A DNA stretch of 61,747 nucleotides, counting the filler. It is 7 parts of 7 records of this genome, joined end to end, with 100 filler letters (N's around TTAATTAATTAA, not from the genome) between each part and the next. Parts side by side here need not be neighbours in the genome. Positions count along the whole stretch, not along the records: positions 41,369 to 46,981 come from SRR31147125_8203; positions 47,082 to 61,747 come from SRR31147125_8206; 5 more parts are not named here. The stretch is one strand, 5' to 3'. The notes beneath the pieces are model-generated. The model ran no database searches, was not told where the DNA came from, and saw nothing but the letters and a program-made list of their open reading frames with translations. Made by a program: the position numbers and the translations under genes. This document shows, piece after piece, positions 41,560 through 51,973 of the stretch. Each line of letters begins with the position of its first letter. Position 1 is the first letter of the stretch.

Positions 41560-41868
41560 AATTATATGATAACTGAGAGTTCAACTGCAGTCTGCATAAT
41601 AGCAGGCTGGTCTTTGTGAAAATCGCTATGTTAAATTGTACATATTACTTATGTCAGACCAAAGAAAAAAGTTGGCTTTGCTACAGCAGAGGCTCTTCCT
41701 GAAAGAAAATATTTTTTTGTATTTTGTTTTATGGTAGAGAGACTTATAATTTTTTTGTCTAAGTATATTCTGATTTAGGCGGATAATGGTTTTTATGGTA
41801 CCGATGAGTTATGAGGTTGTTTGGTTTTGTTCACAATGACAACAGGCAGATAAGTAATAGATGGAATT

Positions 41869-44748
41869 ATGGCACGTATAGAGTTATCACATGAAAGACA
41901 TGTTCAGGAGTATGAGGTTGGCGATAAGGTTGTTATCGGCAGAAGCAATTCTTGTAGAGTAAAAGTGCCTTCGACCAAAGCATCCAGACGGCACTGTCAT
42001 GTTTATAAAGCTATTGGCGGTTATTTTCTTGAAGATCTTGGCTCTGCTAATGGGACTTTGCTCAATGGCGTCAGGGTAGGGAGGAAGCTGCTCAAGCATA
42101 ATGATATCATCAGTATCGGTAATGTCAGTCTGAGGTTTATTGATAAACGCGAAGACCCTCTGCTCGGACGGAGATTTGGCAAATATCAGGTTGTGGAAAA
42201 ATTAGGGGCAGGGGCAGAAGGGGTAATCTACAGGGCTCGTCAGGTAGCTCTCAATCAGGAAGTTGTACTAAAAATATTTCATTCGCAGTATCTCAGTGCA
42301 CGTGGAGGAGCGGAGAATCTCAGGTATTATGCGGATATACGAATTCTCCTGCAGCAGGAGAATATTGTCCGTACTTATGAGTTTGCTGAGCTTAAAGGTA
42401 AATACTATTATATACTTGGGTATCTTGCAGGAGAGAATTTGCAGGACAGTCTGATCAGGCAGGGCAGGCTCAAGCAGGAGGATGTGATCGGTTATGGAAT
42501 CAATATTGCTTCTGCTCTTGAATATATACATTCTTTCGGGGTGATTCACGGTGATATCAAGCCTGCCAGTATGACTGTTACTCCGGAGAATAAGGTAGTT
42601 ATTCATGATACTGGTCTTCTTGTGAAGCTGGCAGACAGTATCGAGCTGGAAGGGCATGAAGATATTTCCGGTTATCTCAATAAGGAAGAGTCTGATCTGC
42701 AGCCGCTTGCATATATTGCACCAGAAATTTTTCGTGGTGACAGAGCTGTTGTCGGCAGTGATGTTTATTCTCTTGCTGTGCTGCTATATCAGTTACTTAC
42801 CGGCAGTCTGCCATTTACTGGTAGTAGCAGAGAAGAATTGCTTGCAGCAAAATTGCAGGTAGATCGGGGTAGTATAAAAGAGAGTGGGGTAACAATATCT
42901 CAGGAACTGGAAGATCTGCTCTTTCTGGGTATGAGTTTTGACCCTGCAGAGCGGCCGGAGTCTGCGGTAGTATTCAAAGAGAGTCTTCTGCAGCTGGTAG
43001 GGAAATCCTCACGCAGAAGCAGTCGAAGTAAGGTTGTCAGAGAGGAAAATACTGCTGCAAAGCCTGAAAGTGTCAGGTTGAAAGTAGGAAGGAAGGGGCA
43101 ATCTTTTCCTTTTATCAAAGTATTTTTACTTATTATTGTTCTTGGTGGACTTACTTTTGTCGCTTACCAGCAGTATGAAAAATATCAATTACGCAAAAGA
43201 GTGGAATTACAGAAAGATTTTAAGCTTGCGCAGGAGTTGTATCGTCAGCGGGATTATGAGAGAGCCAGAAATATTTTTGCTGATATTCTTGAGAAGAGTC
43301 CGCCAGCTGAAATGTCTGAGGTTGTGCAGCAGAGACTCAAGCAGTTAATGCTTTCTAGAGCTCAGCTTGAACTGCTCAATATGCAGGAGAAACTTGTTGC
43401 AGGTGAGTTGACAGAAGGTGATGTTATAGAAATCATACAACGTAAATTGCGGAGTGATATGTTGAGTAAGCAGGAGCTTGTTGAGTATAAAGAATATCTT
43501 ATAAGCCTTGGAGGTGATGCAGATATGCGTTACAGCTGGCAGAAAGAGGCGGATAAATTTCTTGAGCAGAAGGAGGTGCTGCAGGCTTATAAGCAGCTTC
43601 AGGGTGTTAGGCTTGATAGAGGTGAAGATCTTCAGTTGGTAGAACTGAGGAAGTATAAGGAGAGAGTCAGAGCTGAGTTGAATAAAAGTATTACTGCGGA
43701 GTATTCACAAGCTGGAGAGCTTCTTAAAGAGGGTAAGGGAAGTAAGGGTTTTGAAGTGCTTGAAGAGATAGCCAATAAGTATCCGGTAGAGCTTGGCTGG
43801 CAGGGTAGAATTATCAGTTATTTTGCTGAAGTTAATTTGAAGCAGGGTGAGTACATTCTCAGTAAGTATAAAGCTGCTTTACAAGCTGTCAGTAAGGTTG
43901 AACAGGTTGCCTTGCAGGAGATAGCGTATCAGCTGGAAGAAGTGCTGCGAAAGCAGCCGGGTGGTTTTTTACTGTTGAGTATTGATAGGATTGATGGTTT
44001 CTTTGCTGCTTATCTGGCTGAGCTGCAGAGACGGCTTGAGGTTGATCCGGTGAGTGGGGTTGGTAGAGAGGTTGCGGAGCTGGAGATTGCAGGCAGGAGA
44101 GATCTTGTTGAGCTGGTTTATAAAGAAGGGAAGTATCTGGCTCTGAAAGAGGATAGCAGTAGGGAAGTTAGTCTGGCTGAGGTTAGTGTTGAATCCCTGG
44201 AGAAGCTTTCTCCACTCTTTGAGCTTGATAACAAGGCTTTGATCGGGGCTGGGTTGTATTTTATCAGCAGAGGAAGTGTTGAGCTTGGTAAGGGGTATCT
44301 CAATACAGCACTTGAGAGTGAGTTCAAAGAGCAGGTACAGGATTATTTGGCGCTGACAGAACAGGTGCTCCGGTTGTCTGGTAGCAGGAGTGCTGCTGGT
44401 AAGCTAAGAGTTGCGAGCGCTGTGAATATCGGTGGAAGTAGCTTTGTCTGGGATTATTCAAGCGGAAAAGAGCTTGTTTTTGCGGCGTCTTCTGGAGAAG
44501 AGTTTATTCTTACAGTGACCAATGGCAGTCTTACTGCTGTATTGGGAGAGAATAAACTACTTGATGCTGTGCCTGTTGGTAGTGAGGGTAATATGCTTGA
44601 ACTGGTTGGGTATTGGGATAGGGTTTTGCTGATGAGTTCTGGCGTGGTGCTGGCGGAGGTTAAGCAGGAGAAAATTGGCGAACTGGCTATTGCTCCATAT
44701 GTTCCTGCAACAGGGCTGGAGATAGAAATTAAATTTAAGAGTAAGTAA
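41869..44748 (+). CDS. FHA domain + Ser/Thr kinase-like domain + TM helix + large helical C-terminal region
   Basis: FHA (IGRS, SRRH, DLGSANGT), kinase-like LGAGAEG, VVLK, HGDIKP, YIAPE, SDVYSL; TM FLLIIVLGGLTFVAY. Confidence 0.85.
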   Translation: MARIELSHERHVQEYEVGDKVVIGRSNSCRVKVPSTKASRRHCHVYKAIGGYFLEDLGSANGTLLNGVRVGRKLLKHNDIISIGNVSLRFIDKREDPLLGRRFGKYQVVEKLGAGAEGVIYRARQVALNQEVVLKIFHSQYLSARGGAENLRYYADIRILLQQENIVRTYEFAELKGKYYYILGYLAGENLQDSLIRQGRLKQEDVIGYGINIASALEYIHSFGVIHGDIKPASMTVTPENKVVIHDTGLLVKLADSIELEGHEDISGYLNKEESDLQPLAYIAPEIFRGDRAVVGSDVYSLAVLLYQLLTGSLPFTGSSREELLAAKLQVDRGSIKESGVTISQELEDLLFLGMSFDPAERPESAVVFKESLLQLVGKSSRRSSRSKVVREENTAAKPESVRLKVGRKGQSFPFIKVFLLIIVLGGLTFVAYQQYEKYQLRKRVELQKDFKLAQELYRQRDYERARNIFADILEKSPPAEMSEVVQQRLKQLMLSRAQLELLNMQEKLVAGELTEGDVIEIIQRKLRSDMLSKQELVEYKEYLISLGGDADMRYSWQKEADKFLEQKEVLQAYKQLQGVRLDRGEDLQLVELRKYKERVRAELNKSITAEYSQAGELLKEGKGSKGFEVLEEIANKYPVELGWQGRIISYFAEVNLKQGEYILSKYKAALQAVSKVEQVALQEIAYQLEEVLRKQPGGFLLLSIDRIDGFFAAYLAELQRRLEVDPVSGVGREVAELEIAGRRDLVELVYKEGKYLALKEDSSREVSLAEVSVESLEKLSPLFELDNKALIGAGLYFISRGSVELGKGYLNTALESEFKEQVQDYLALTEQVLRLSGSRSAAGKLRVASAVNIGGSSFVWDYSSGKELVFAASSGEEFILTVTNGSLTAVLGENKLLDAVPVGSEGNMLELVGYWDRVLLMSSGVVLAEVKQEKIGELAIAPYVPATGLEIEIKFKSK

Positions 44749-44828
44749 ATTATACTAAGATGCAGAGAGATTTTGGGCAGACTAGGAATGATTCATTTGT
44801 TTGGAGTGTTCTTTGTGATTATTGCATT

Positions 44829-44867
44829 AAAAAAGGGTAACTTCTATTTGTGAGTTACCCTTTTTTT
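44829..44867. terminator. Bidirectional intrinsic terminator between convergent genes
   Basis: AAAAAAGGGTAACT...AGTTACCCTTTTTTT. Confidence 0.8.
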
Positions 44868-44885
44868 GTAATATATATGACTATT

Positions 44886-45977
44886 CTACTCTTCAGGGTT
44901 TTTCAGGATTTCGTAGCCGTGATCTTGACAGAGTACATCTCTTTCAACCACACTCAAGTCAAAATCCATCATCTCCTTAACAAGTTCTTCAAAGCTTGTT
45001 TCCGGTACCCAGCCAAGTTTTTCTTTAGCCTTTGTCGGGTCACCAAGGAGTGTCTCTACCTCGCAAGGACGGAAGTAGACAGGATCGACCTCTACAATGC
45101 ACTTTCCTGTAGCATTGTCATAGCCTTTTTCCTCAATTCCTGTGCCTTCCCAGCGGATATCAATACCTACTTCTTTACACGCACACTCTACAAAATAACG
45201 GACAGAATACTGTTTGCCAGTAGCAATAACAAAGTCTTCTGGTTTGTCCTGTTGCAGCATCAGCCACATCATCTGGACATAGTCACGGGCATGACCCCAG
45301 TCTCGGAGTGCGTCCATATTTCCAAGGTAAAGTTTTTCTTGCAGATTATGTTTGATACGTGAGATTGCACGGGTTATTTTGCGGGTCACAAATGTTTCGC
45401 CACGGCGTGGAGATTCATGATTGAAAAGAATGCCGTTGCAGGCATAAATACCATATGATTCGCGGTAGTTGATAGTTATCCAGTAACCATACAGCTTTGC
45501 GACCCCATAAGGTGAGCGTGGGTAAAATGGGGTGGTTTCTTTTTGTGGAATCTCCTGAACTTTACCGAATAATTCAGAGGTAGAAGCCTGATAGACACGG
45601 GTCTTTTTCTCAAGACCTAGAATGCGGATCGCTTCCAGTATGCGCATTGTGCCACCAGCATCTACATCGAGAGTATATTCTGGGGAATCAAAAGATACTT
45701 TTACATGGCTCTGAGCACCAAGATTATAGATTTCATCGGGCTGTACTTCCTGGATGAGTCTGATGAGGTTTGTTGAGTCAGATAGATCCCCATAATGAAG
45801 AAAGAATTTTGCTCCGTCATCGTGGAAATCCTGATAGATAGAATTTATTCGTTCTGTATTGAAAGAAGATGAACGTCTTTTAATACCGTGAACAATATAA
45901 CCTTTATCCAGTAGAAATTCTGCAAGATATGATCCGTCCTGTCCGGTAATACCTGAAATAAGAGCAACTTTACTCAT
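44886..45977 (-). CDS. gmd: GDP-mannose 4,6-dehydratase
   Basis: [48 protein letters not shown]. Confidence 0.97.
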   Translation of the reverse strand: MSKVALISGITGQDGSYLAEFLLDKGYIVHGIKRRSSSFNTERINSIYQDFHDDGAKFFLHYGDLSDSTNLIRLIQEVQPDEIYNLGAQSHVKVSFDSPEYTLDVDAGGTMRILEAIRILGLEKKTRVYQASTSELFGKVQEIPQKETTPFYPRSPYGVAKLYGYWITINYRESYGIYACNGILFNHESPRRGETFVTRKITRAISRIKHNLQEKLYLGNMDALRDWGHARDYVQMMWLMLQQDKPEDFVIATGKQYSVRYFVECACKEVGIDIRWEGTGIEEKGYDNATGKCIVEVDPVYFRPCEVETLLGDPTKAKEKLGWVPETSFEELVKEMMDFDLSVVERDVLCQDHGYEILKNPEE

Positions 45978-46218
45978 AATGAATTATTCTTTCTGTTATT
46001 TTACCAATATGTTCGACATAACTATTTATATTAATGAATAAAGTATCTGAATTTATAGTGCAATTGTCAAGTAAATTAGTCTTTACAGGAAGACTTTCCA
46101 CCTTTACCGGAAAGGGGAGGGATTTGGCAAAGTTTGAAAATCAGAGTGTCGATAAATTAGAACAGATTTGTTAATTGAATATGGCTATTTACTTTATTTA
46201 CTTGCGGAATTTACTTTG

Positions 46219-46977
46219 ATGGATAGAAGAGATTTTTTAAAGATATGCGGTTCAGTCTTTGCTGTTGGTGCTTTGGCTGGTTGTACAGGAAAAAAAACAG
46301 AGACAAGTAGTGCGCGCGAGTTGATAGATGATGATATCTTATCAGGAGGTTCATTTCCCTCACACAAGGAACGAGTAATCCAGAGGTTTTATCCATCTAC
46401 TCAGCCTCACAGAAATGAAGTAATACTGAATAATCCGAAGTTTACTCCGGTGGCTCCTCAGCATTCAGGTAAAATTATAGCTTATTCGCGAGACAAATGG
46501 TGTGCTAAACCAATAATCAGAAGTCGCCTCAAACCTATGAATGGCGTGAATCGTATAACTGTTCATCATGAAGGCAACCCTAAACCAAATTATGCTACAC
46601 ATCCACGTGATGTGGAGCGTTCAATCAGACAGATTCAGAAAGTGCATTTCAAGGTTCTCGGAGCTGGTGATATCGCATATCATTATGTGATCGACCGTAA
46701 CGGGAGGATCTGGCAGGGTAGAGATATATCATATCAGGGAGCGCATGCCAAGAGTAATAACTCTCATAATATAGGTATTATGTGTCTGGGTAATTTTAAT
46801 ATTCAGAAACCTTCTGCTGAGCAGGTGGCAACTCTTGAGCGACTTTGTGGAGGTTTGATGCGTGGGTATAGTATTGCTCCTTCGAAATTATATGGGCATA
46901 GAGAGCTGAAAAGTACTGCTTGTCCCGGGAAGCATCTTTTTTCACATGTGAAACGCATCAGAACATTGTATTCATAA
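46219..46977 (+). CDS. N-acetylmuramoyl-L-alanine amidase (Amidase_2/PGRP-like), Tat lipoprotein
   Basis: MDRRDFLK twin-arginine motif, LAGC lipobox, TVHH, DIAYHY, GAH, GHRE..TACPG. Confidence 0.88.
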   Translation: MDRRDFLKICGSVFAVGALAGCTGKKTETSSARELIDDDILSGGSFPSHKERVIQRFYPSTQPHRNEVILNNPKFTPVAPQHSGKIIAYSRDKWCAKPIIRSRLKPMNGVNRITVHHEGNPKPNYATHPRDVERSIRQIQKVHFKVLGAGDIAYHYVIDRNGRIWQGRDISYQGAHAKSNNSHNIGIMCLGNFNIQKPSAEQVATLERLCGGLMRGYSIAPSKLYGHRELKSTACPGKHLFSHVKRIRTLYS

Positions 46978-46981
46978 GCTG

Positions 46982-47081
46982 NNNNNNNNNNNNNNNNNNN
47001 NNNNNNNNNNNNNNNNNNNNNNNNNTTAATTAATTAANNNNNNNNNNNNNNNNNNNNNNNNNNNNNNNNNNNNNNNNNNNN
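46982..47081. other. Artificial contig linker
   Basis: N44-TTAATTAATTAA-N44. Confidence 0.98.
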
Positions 47082-47507
47082 CCAAAATTCACGTTTGCTT
47101 ATTTTTTCAGCAGGTATATTTGCGATTTCGCCGTGCAGTCCATAATTTTTGCCATCAACTGAACAAGGGGTCCCGATGTTATTCAGTCCACTGGTAGTCA
47201 AAAGTCCACCATAGAAACTATCAAGAAAGCCCTTGCCCTGATTTTCATAAAAATATTGAGGATTCCTTAACCCCGATTTCGATATATACCCAAGTGGAAT
47301 ACCTTTGTAAGTTGCCTGACCAATGTCTAAGCACCTTGAACTCAATATAGAAAAATTCAAATCACCAGTGTTGACATCAATAGCATCAACACCTTTAGCT
47401 CTTCCACTATTATACGTATATTCTTTAAAACCGCAAATTTGCGATAGACTCCCAGTCTTCTTCAATAACTCCTCTTTTTTATACGATTTCCCATATAATT
47501 TAACCAT
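47082..47507 (-). CDS. Aldose 1-epimerase-like (DUF4432) protein, N-terminal part
   Basis: GRAKGV, RCLDI, FYGGLLTTSGL, LHG. Confidence 0.8.
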
Positions 47508-49233
47508 TTATGCACCTCCTTATGTTTTTATCATGGATAAAAAAACCTCGATTATATAATATCTCTGTAATATATGCACAAGCCGTACCAATAACATGCG
47601 TACACTTACTAATGTGTGCTCCTGCTTCTTCAAAATCATCTCTAACCGCCTTTGTTCTAAGACAATAAGCTTTGTCAAAAATCTCTTTATGAATATCTTC
47701 ACATATGACGCTTCCGTATATATCAATATACTTTTCTCTTAGTTCTTGTGCCATTTCATAGGAAGCATACTGATCCTGTTTATCACCATCAATCAACATT
47801 TCTTTATATCTTCTTCCTATTATGCTCCCCATAAACAGTATCCCTCCAGCATATCCACCACAAACCCCATCACCTGAAATAGCCATACCTCCAGAAAATC
47901 CACTAGCGCTTTTATACAATATCTCATTCACACTACCAGTCATTTCAAACAGTCCTTGTAATGTACATTGAGCGCAACCTTTATACGTCTTCTCGCTCAA
48001 AAACCCAACTCTATAGGCTTGCTTCATTAGCTTTATTTTTTTCTCATCTTCTATTTCTTCATGTGCCTGAAGGCGATCATGGTGCTCTTTAACCAGTTCT
48101 AATAGCTCGGGTTCCTTATGTAATCCACAGTATTTCCCCACAGCCGATTTTATTCCATAATAATCAACATATTCCCTTATTATGGTAGCATTCACATCGG
48201 TAGTGTCTGGATATAAAAAGGCAGCAGCAATAGTCATTGTAATATAATATGGCCATACGCCATTGTTCTTACATAAAACGACTGCCCCTGTCAACCTGTC
48301 CTCTTTGCCCAATTTCTTAATTGGATTGCGCCCCACACGATCAACAGTGTCTTCGCTACCCAAAATACTAAAATGTTCTATAACATTTTGCTTCATTGCT
48401 TCTATTTCCTGAGTTGAACAGCAATATTGAATGCCTAAAGCTTCACCGATTTCATCCAAAGCGCCCTTAGCAATGCTTTGAATCTCTTCATCAGCAGCAC
48501 TTTCAATAATTGTTTTATAGCCTCTCAAAGCGCCAAAATAAGCATATACAGCATGAACCATGTTATATACAAAAAGCTTCTTTTGCATTTCGATATAAAT
48601 ATTATCGACGAGATATGCACTCATAATACTTGGTGGTTCTCCGATAAGTGCAGATTTTTCAAGTAAAATTTTGTTTTCACCGAAGACTAATAAGGAAAAT
48701 GAATATTCATTTAACTCCTCCGGCTCTGGAGTTAACGCAGTATCAATAATTACTGTATTTACTAACCCAAAATGCCGTTCAAAAAATATTTTTTCTTCTA
48801 CTCTAACTTTTGAAAGAATCGTTCTCTTCAAAACTTCAGATGCATTAAGTTTATTTGCAAATACTAAAACATTAATATCTTTTGTCAATTGATTCTCAAC
48901 CATATATCGAATAACGTCTATCAGCTGAAGACCTACATTCTCTAAATCTTCTGACAATACGGTTACCATCATATAGTCACAGTCCATAAGTGAATTAACA
49001 AGAGCACTTTTGTCCGATACATGGATCATGCGATAATTACTAATCCGAATGTCTTCCAGTCTTCCATCATAATGCTTGCGCTGAACTCTATATTCGCGTT
49101 GGTTATTTAACTGCTCTACCCGCTCTTTGTTGCGATCAACAAATACGATAGTGTCACCTTTTGATTGAAAAAGGCTGGCTATTGCACCTCGCCCAATTTT
49201 CCCTGCACCCCATATGACAATCTTTCTATCCAC
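47500..49233 (-). CDS. Mannitol-1-phosphate dehydrogenase-like protein fused to a C-GCAxxG-C-C putative redox domain
   Basis: N-terminal WGAGKIGRG, KKLFVYNMVH, DTVDRVGRNPIKKL..DRL; C-terminal GCAQ, CGGYAGG, C.DI, C..V. Confidence 0.8.
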   Translation of the reverse strand: MDRKIVIWGAGKIGRGAIASLFQSKGDTIVFVDRNKERVEQLNNQREYRVQRKHYDGRLEDIRISNYRMIHVSDKSALVNSLMDCDYMMVTVLSEDLENVGLQLIDVIRYMVENQLTKDINVLVFANKLNASEVLKRTILSKVRVEEKIFFERHFGLVNTVIIDTALTPEPEELNEYSFSLLVFGENKILLEKSALIGEPPSIMSAYLVDNIYIEMQKKLFVYNMVHAVYAYFGALRGYKTIIESAADEEIQSIAKGALDEIGEALGIQYCCSTQEIEAMKQNVIEHFSILGSEDTVDRVGRNPIKKLGKEDRLTGAVVLCKNNGVWPYYITMTIAAAFLYPDTTDVNATIIREYVDYYGIKSAVGKYCGLHKEPELLELVKEHHDRLQAHEEIEDEKKIKLMKQAYRVGFLSEKTYKGCAQCTLQGLFEMTGSVNEILYKSASGFSGGMAISGDGVCGGYAGGILFMGSIIGRRYKEMLIDGDKQDQYASYEMAQELREKYIDIYGSVICEDIHKEIFDKAYCLRTKAVRDDFEEAGAHISKCTHVIGTACAYITEILYNRGFFIHDKNIRRCING

Positions 49234-49350
49234 TTATATACTCTCACTTTCTTCTTTGCTTTAATCCTGTACAACAAGTGTTTGGAGTTTGAAAAATCTT
49301 CTAATTCACCCTGTTGAACTATGAATCACTTAACACAAAGACTTCCCAAA

Positions 49351-50316
49351 CTATTTTACCTTACTCTTTCTAAGCTGATCAATCAATACTGCTGCAACAA
49401 TCAAAGCTCCAACTAAAATATCCAAAATAAACGTATTAATACCAAGCAAATTTCCACCATTTCGGATCATTGCTATAATTAAAGTCCCTAAAACTGTTCC
49501 AGGAACACTACCAATTGCACCGCTTAAAGAACCTCCTCCAACAACAACTGCTGCCACTGCATCCAACTCATAGCCATCTCCTGCAGTCGGTACACCGCTA
49601 CCTAATCTTGTTGTCATTAGAATCCCTGCAATAGAAGCCATAAGTGCACTATAAGCATATATACCACAAATATTCAAACCAATCTTTATGCCAGAAAGTC
49701 TTGCGGCTTCTTCATTACTTCCTATTGAATAAACATTTCGCCCAAAAACAGTCAATTTCGATACTAACCAGCCAATAATCACCACAATAAACCAAATATA
49801 CGCCATTGCTGGAATTCCAAAAATCCTTAATACAGCAAAATCCCCAATTGCATCTGGTAATCCCGTAATTTTTTTTGCACTGCTCATTAACATAACTGAT
49901 CCACGAACAATTGTCATCCCTCCAAGGGTGGCAATAAAAGCTGGGACTTTTCCAAAATGAATTATGATTCCCATAAATACCCCAAGAAACGATCCAGCCA
50001 AAAGAGCAATAATGATAGAAAGCGTAATCGAGAAACCCGAAACCATCAATTTCGAGGCAAGAATACTGCTAAACGCTAAAACAGAACCTACTGAAAGATC
50101 AATACCGCCTGAAATAATTACAAAAGTCATACCTACCGCCAACACACCAATAATCGCTGTTTGCCTCAAAAGATTAGTAACATTTGTAAATGATAAAAAC
50201 TTGCTATTTAATAACCATAGCCCCAATATTAAAACAATTGTAATAATAATCAAGTTACTTTCCGCGATACGATTAAATTTTTTTATGATATTGTTCCTTT
50301 TCCCCGCCTTACCCAT
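49351..50316 (-). CDS. Sugar ABC transporter permease (RbsC family)
   Basis: GGIDLSVGS, PAFIATLG, GSNEEAARLSG, YELDAVAAVVVGG. Confidence 0.93.
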   Translation of the reverse strand: MGKAGKRNNIIKKFNRIAESNLIIITIVLILGLWLLNSKFLSFTNVTNLLRQTAIIGVLAVGMTFVIISGGIDLSVGSVLAFSSILASKLMVSGFSITLSIIIALLAGSFLGVFMGIIIHFGKVPAFIATLGGMTIVRGSVMLMSSAKKITGLPDAIGDFAVLRIFGIPAMAYIWFIVVIIGWLVSKLTVFGRNVYSIGSNEEAARLSGIKIGLNICGIYAYSALMASIAGILMTTRLGSGVPTAGDGYELDAVAAVVVGGGSLSGAIGSVPGTVLGTLIIAMIRNGGNLLGINTFILDILVGALIVAAVLIDQLRKSKVK

Positions 50317-51854
50317 TACTCTACTCCTCCATTAGCAAAAATATTTTTATTCTCTAAGCCCGAAGCTTTTCTCAATAATTTTTCATCATTGTATTCGTCT
50401 CTGTCTACAATCCCTGCGCTGTGACCTTCGCTGATTACAATAACTCGATCCGCAACACCCATAATTTCTGGCAAATATGAAGAAATCATAATAACGGCAT
50501 TTCCTTCCGCAAGAAGTTTTTCTAATAATTTATAGATTTCTGTCTTCGCCCCAACATCAACACCTACTGTTGGTTCATCAAAAATAAATATTTTACTTTC
50601 CTTACATAGCCATTTACCAATAACCACTTTTTGTTGGTTTCCACCACTTAAATTAATAACTTTTTGGTGAATACCAGGGGTCACTATACGTAAATTCTCA
50701 ACGTATTTTTGTGCGTTCTCTTTTTCCCTTTTAATTTTGATAAAACCAGCTTTTGAAATAGCATTATACGATGCCATATTAATATTTTCTTTCAATGATG
50801 TATGCAACGCAAGACCCTGAATTTTTCTATCCTCAGGCAAAAAGCCCAATCCATATTTAATTCCATCAATTGGATGCTTTATCTCTCGTTTAACACCGTT
50901 CACATAGACTTCGCCTGAATCATACTTATCAGCACCAAAAATAGCACGCATGATATCTGTACGCCCTGAGCCGACCAAACCAAAAAAACCTAAAATTTCA
51001 CCACGATGTAATTCAAAAGAAATATCATTAAACACGCCTTTTTTAGTAAGGTTTTTTACTTCGAGAACTTTTTCACCTTGTTTAAAATGCCGAATAGAAT
51101 ACATGTCTTCTATTGTTCTGCCTACCATTTTTGCGACAAGATCGTCCTCATTTGTCTCCTCAATCGCCAATGTTTGTACTTTTTTGCCATCCTTCAAAAT
51201 AGTGGCAACATCACATATTTCAAATATTTCTTCCATTCTATGCGATATATAAACAATGGCCTTCCCTTCTTTTTTAAACTTGCCAATTATTTTAAACAGC
51301 TCTGTTACTTCTTCATTTGCAAGTAACGCTGTAGGTTCATCAAATATTATTAGTTCACTCTTATCAAAATATTTTTTTGCAATAACTACCATTTCCTGTT
51401 GTGCTATTGACAGATCTTTTACCAGCATTCTCGCATTAATTGAAATATTGAGTTTGTCTAATGCCTTTTGTGTTTCCTCAAAAATATATTTCCACCTAAT
51501 AACTCCAAGCTTTGTCTTTGGCAATTTCCCTAAGAAAAAATTCTCTGCAACCGTAAGATGGCGCGCAATTGTAACATCCTGATAAACAGCACTCAAGCCT
51601 AAATCTCTCGATTTAATTGGATCAACGATGCTTTCTCGCTTCCCATTTATATATATATCACCGCTTGTCTTTTGATGTACACCCATCAAAATTTTAATTA
51701 ATGTTGATTTTCCAGCTCCATTCTCACCAACAAGCGCATGCACCTCACCTTTCTTAAACCCAATACTGACATTATCTAGTGCTTGCACGCCAGGAAAAAC
51801 CTTACAGATATTCTCCATATATACAAAATCATTATTTACCATACTCTTCTCCAA
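50316..51854 (-). CDS. Sugar ABC transporter ATP-binding protein (RbsA family)
   Basis: GENGAGKST, DEPT, LSGGNQQKV, DEPTVGVDVGAK. Confidence 0.95.
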   Translation of the reverse strand: MEKSMVNNDFVYMENICKVFPGVQALDNVSIGFKKGEVHALVGENGAGKSTLIKILMGVHQKTSGDIYINGKRESIVDPIKSRDLGLSAVYQDVTIARHLTVAENFFLGKLPKTKLGVIRWKYIFEETQKALDKLNISINARMLVKDLSIAQQEMVVIAKKYFDKSELIIFDEPTALLANEEVTELFKIIGKFKKEGKAIVYISHRMEEIFEICDVATILKDGKKVQTLAIEETNEDDLVAKMVGRTIEDMYSIRHFKQGEKVLEVKNLTKKGVFNDISFELHRGEILGFFGLVGSGRTDIMRAIFGADKYDSGEVYVNGVKREIKHPIDGIKYGLGFLPEDRKIQGLALHTSLKENINMASYNAISKAGFIKIKREKENAQKYVENLRIVTPGIHQKVINLSGGNQQKVVIGKWLCKESKIFIFDEPTVGVDVGAKTEIYKLLEKLLAEGNAVIMISSYLPEIMGVADRVIVISEGHSAGIVDRDEYNDEKLLRKASGLENKNIFANGGVE

Positions 51855-51938
51855 ATATCCAATCCTATTGTATTCTAATTCTTCAACTGTTATAATGCTA
51901 ATATATCTATCTTTGTATGTTCAAAGTGGATTATAAGG

Positions 51939-51965
51939 GGATATCCGGAGGTCATCCGGATATCC
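51939..51965. other. Stem-loop after the substrate-binding protein gene (mRNA stabiliser or partial terminator)
   Basis: GGATATCCGGA-GGTCA-TCCGGATATCC, perfect 11-bp stem. Confidence 0.6.
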
Positions 51966-51973
51966 ACATCTCA

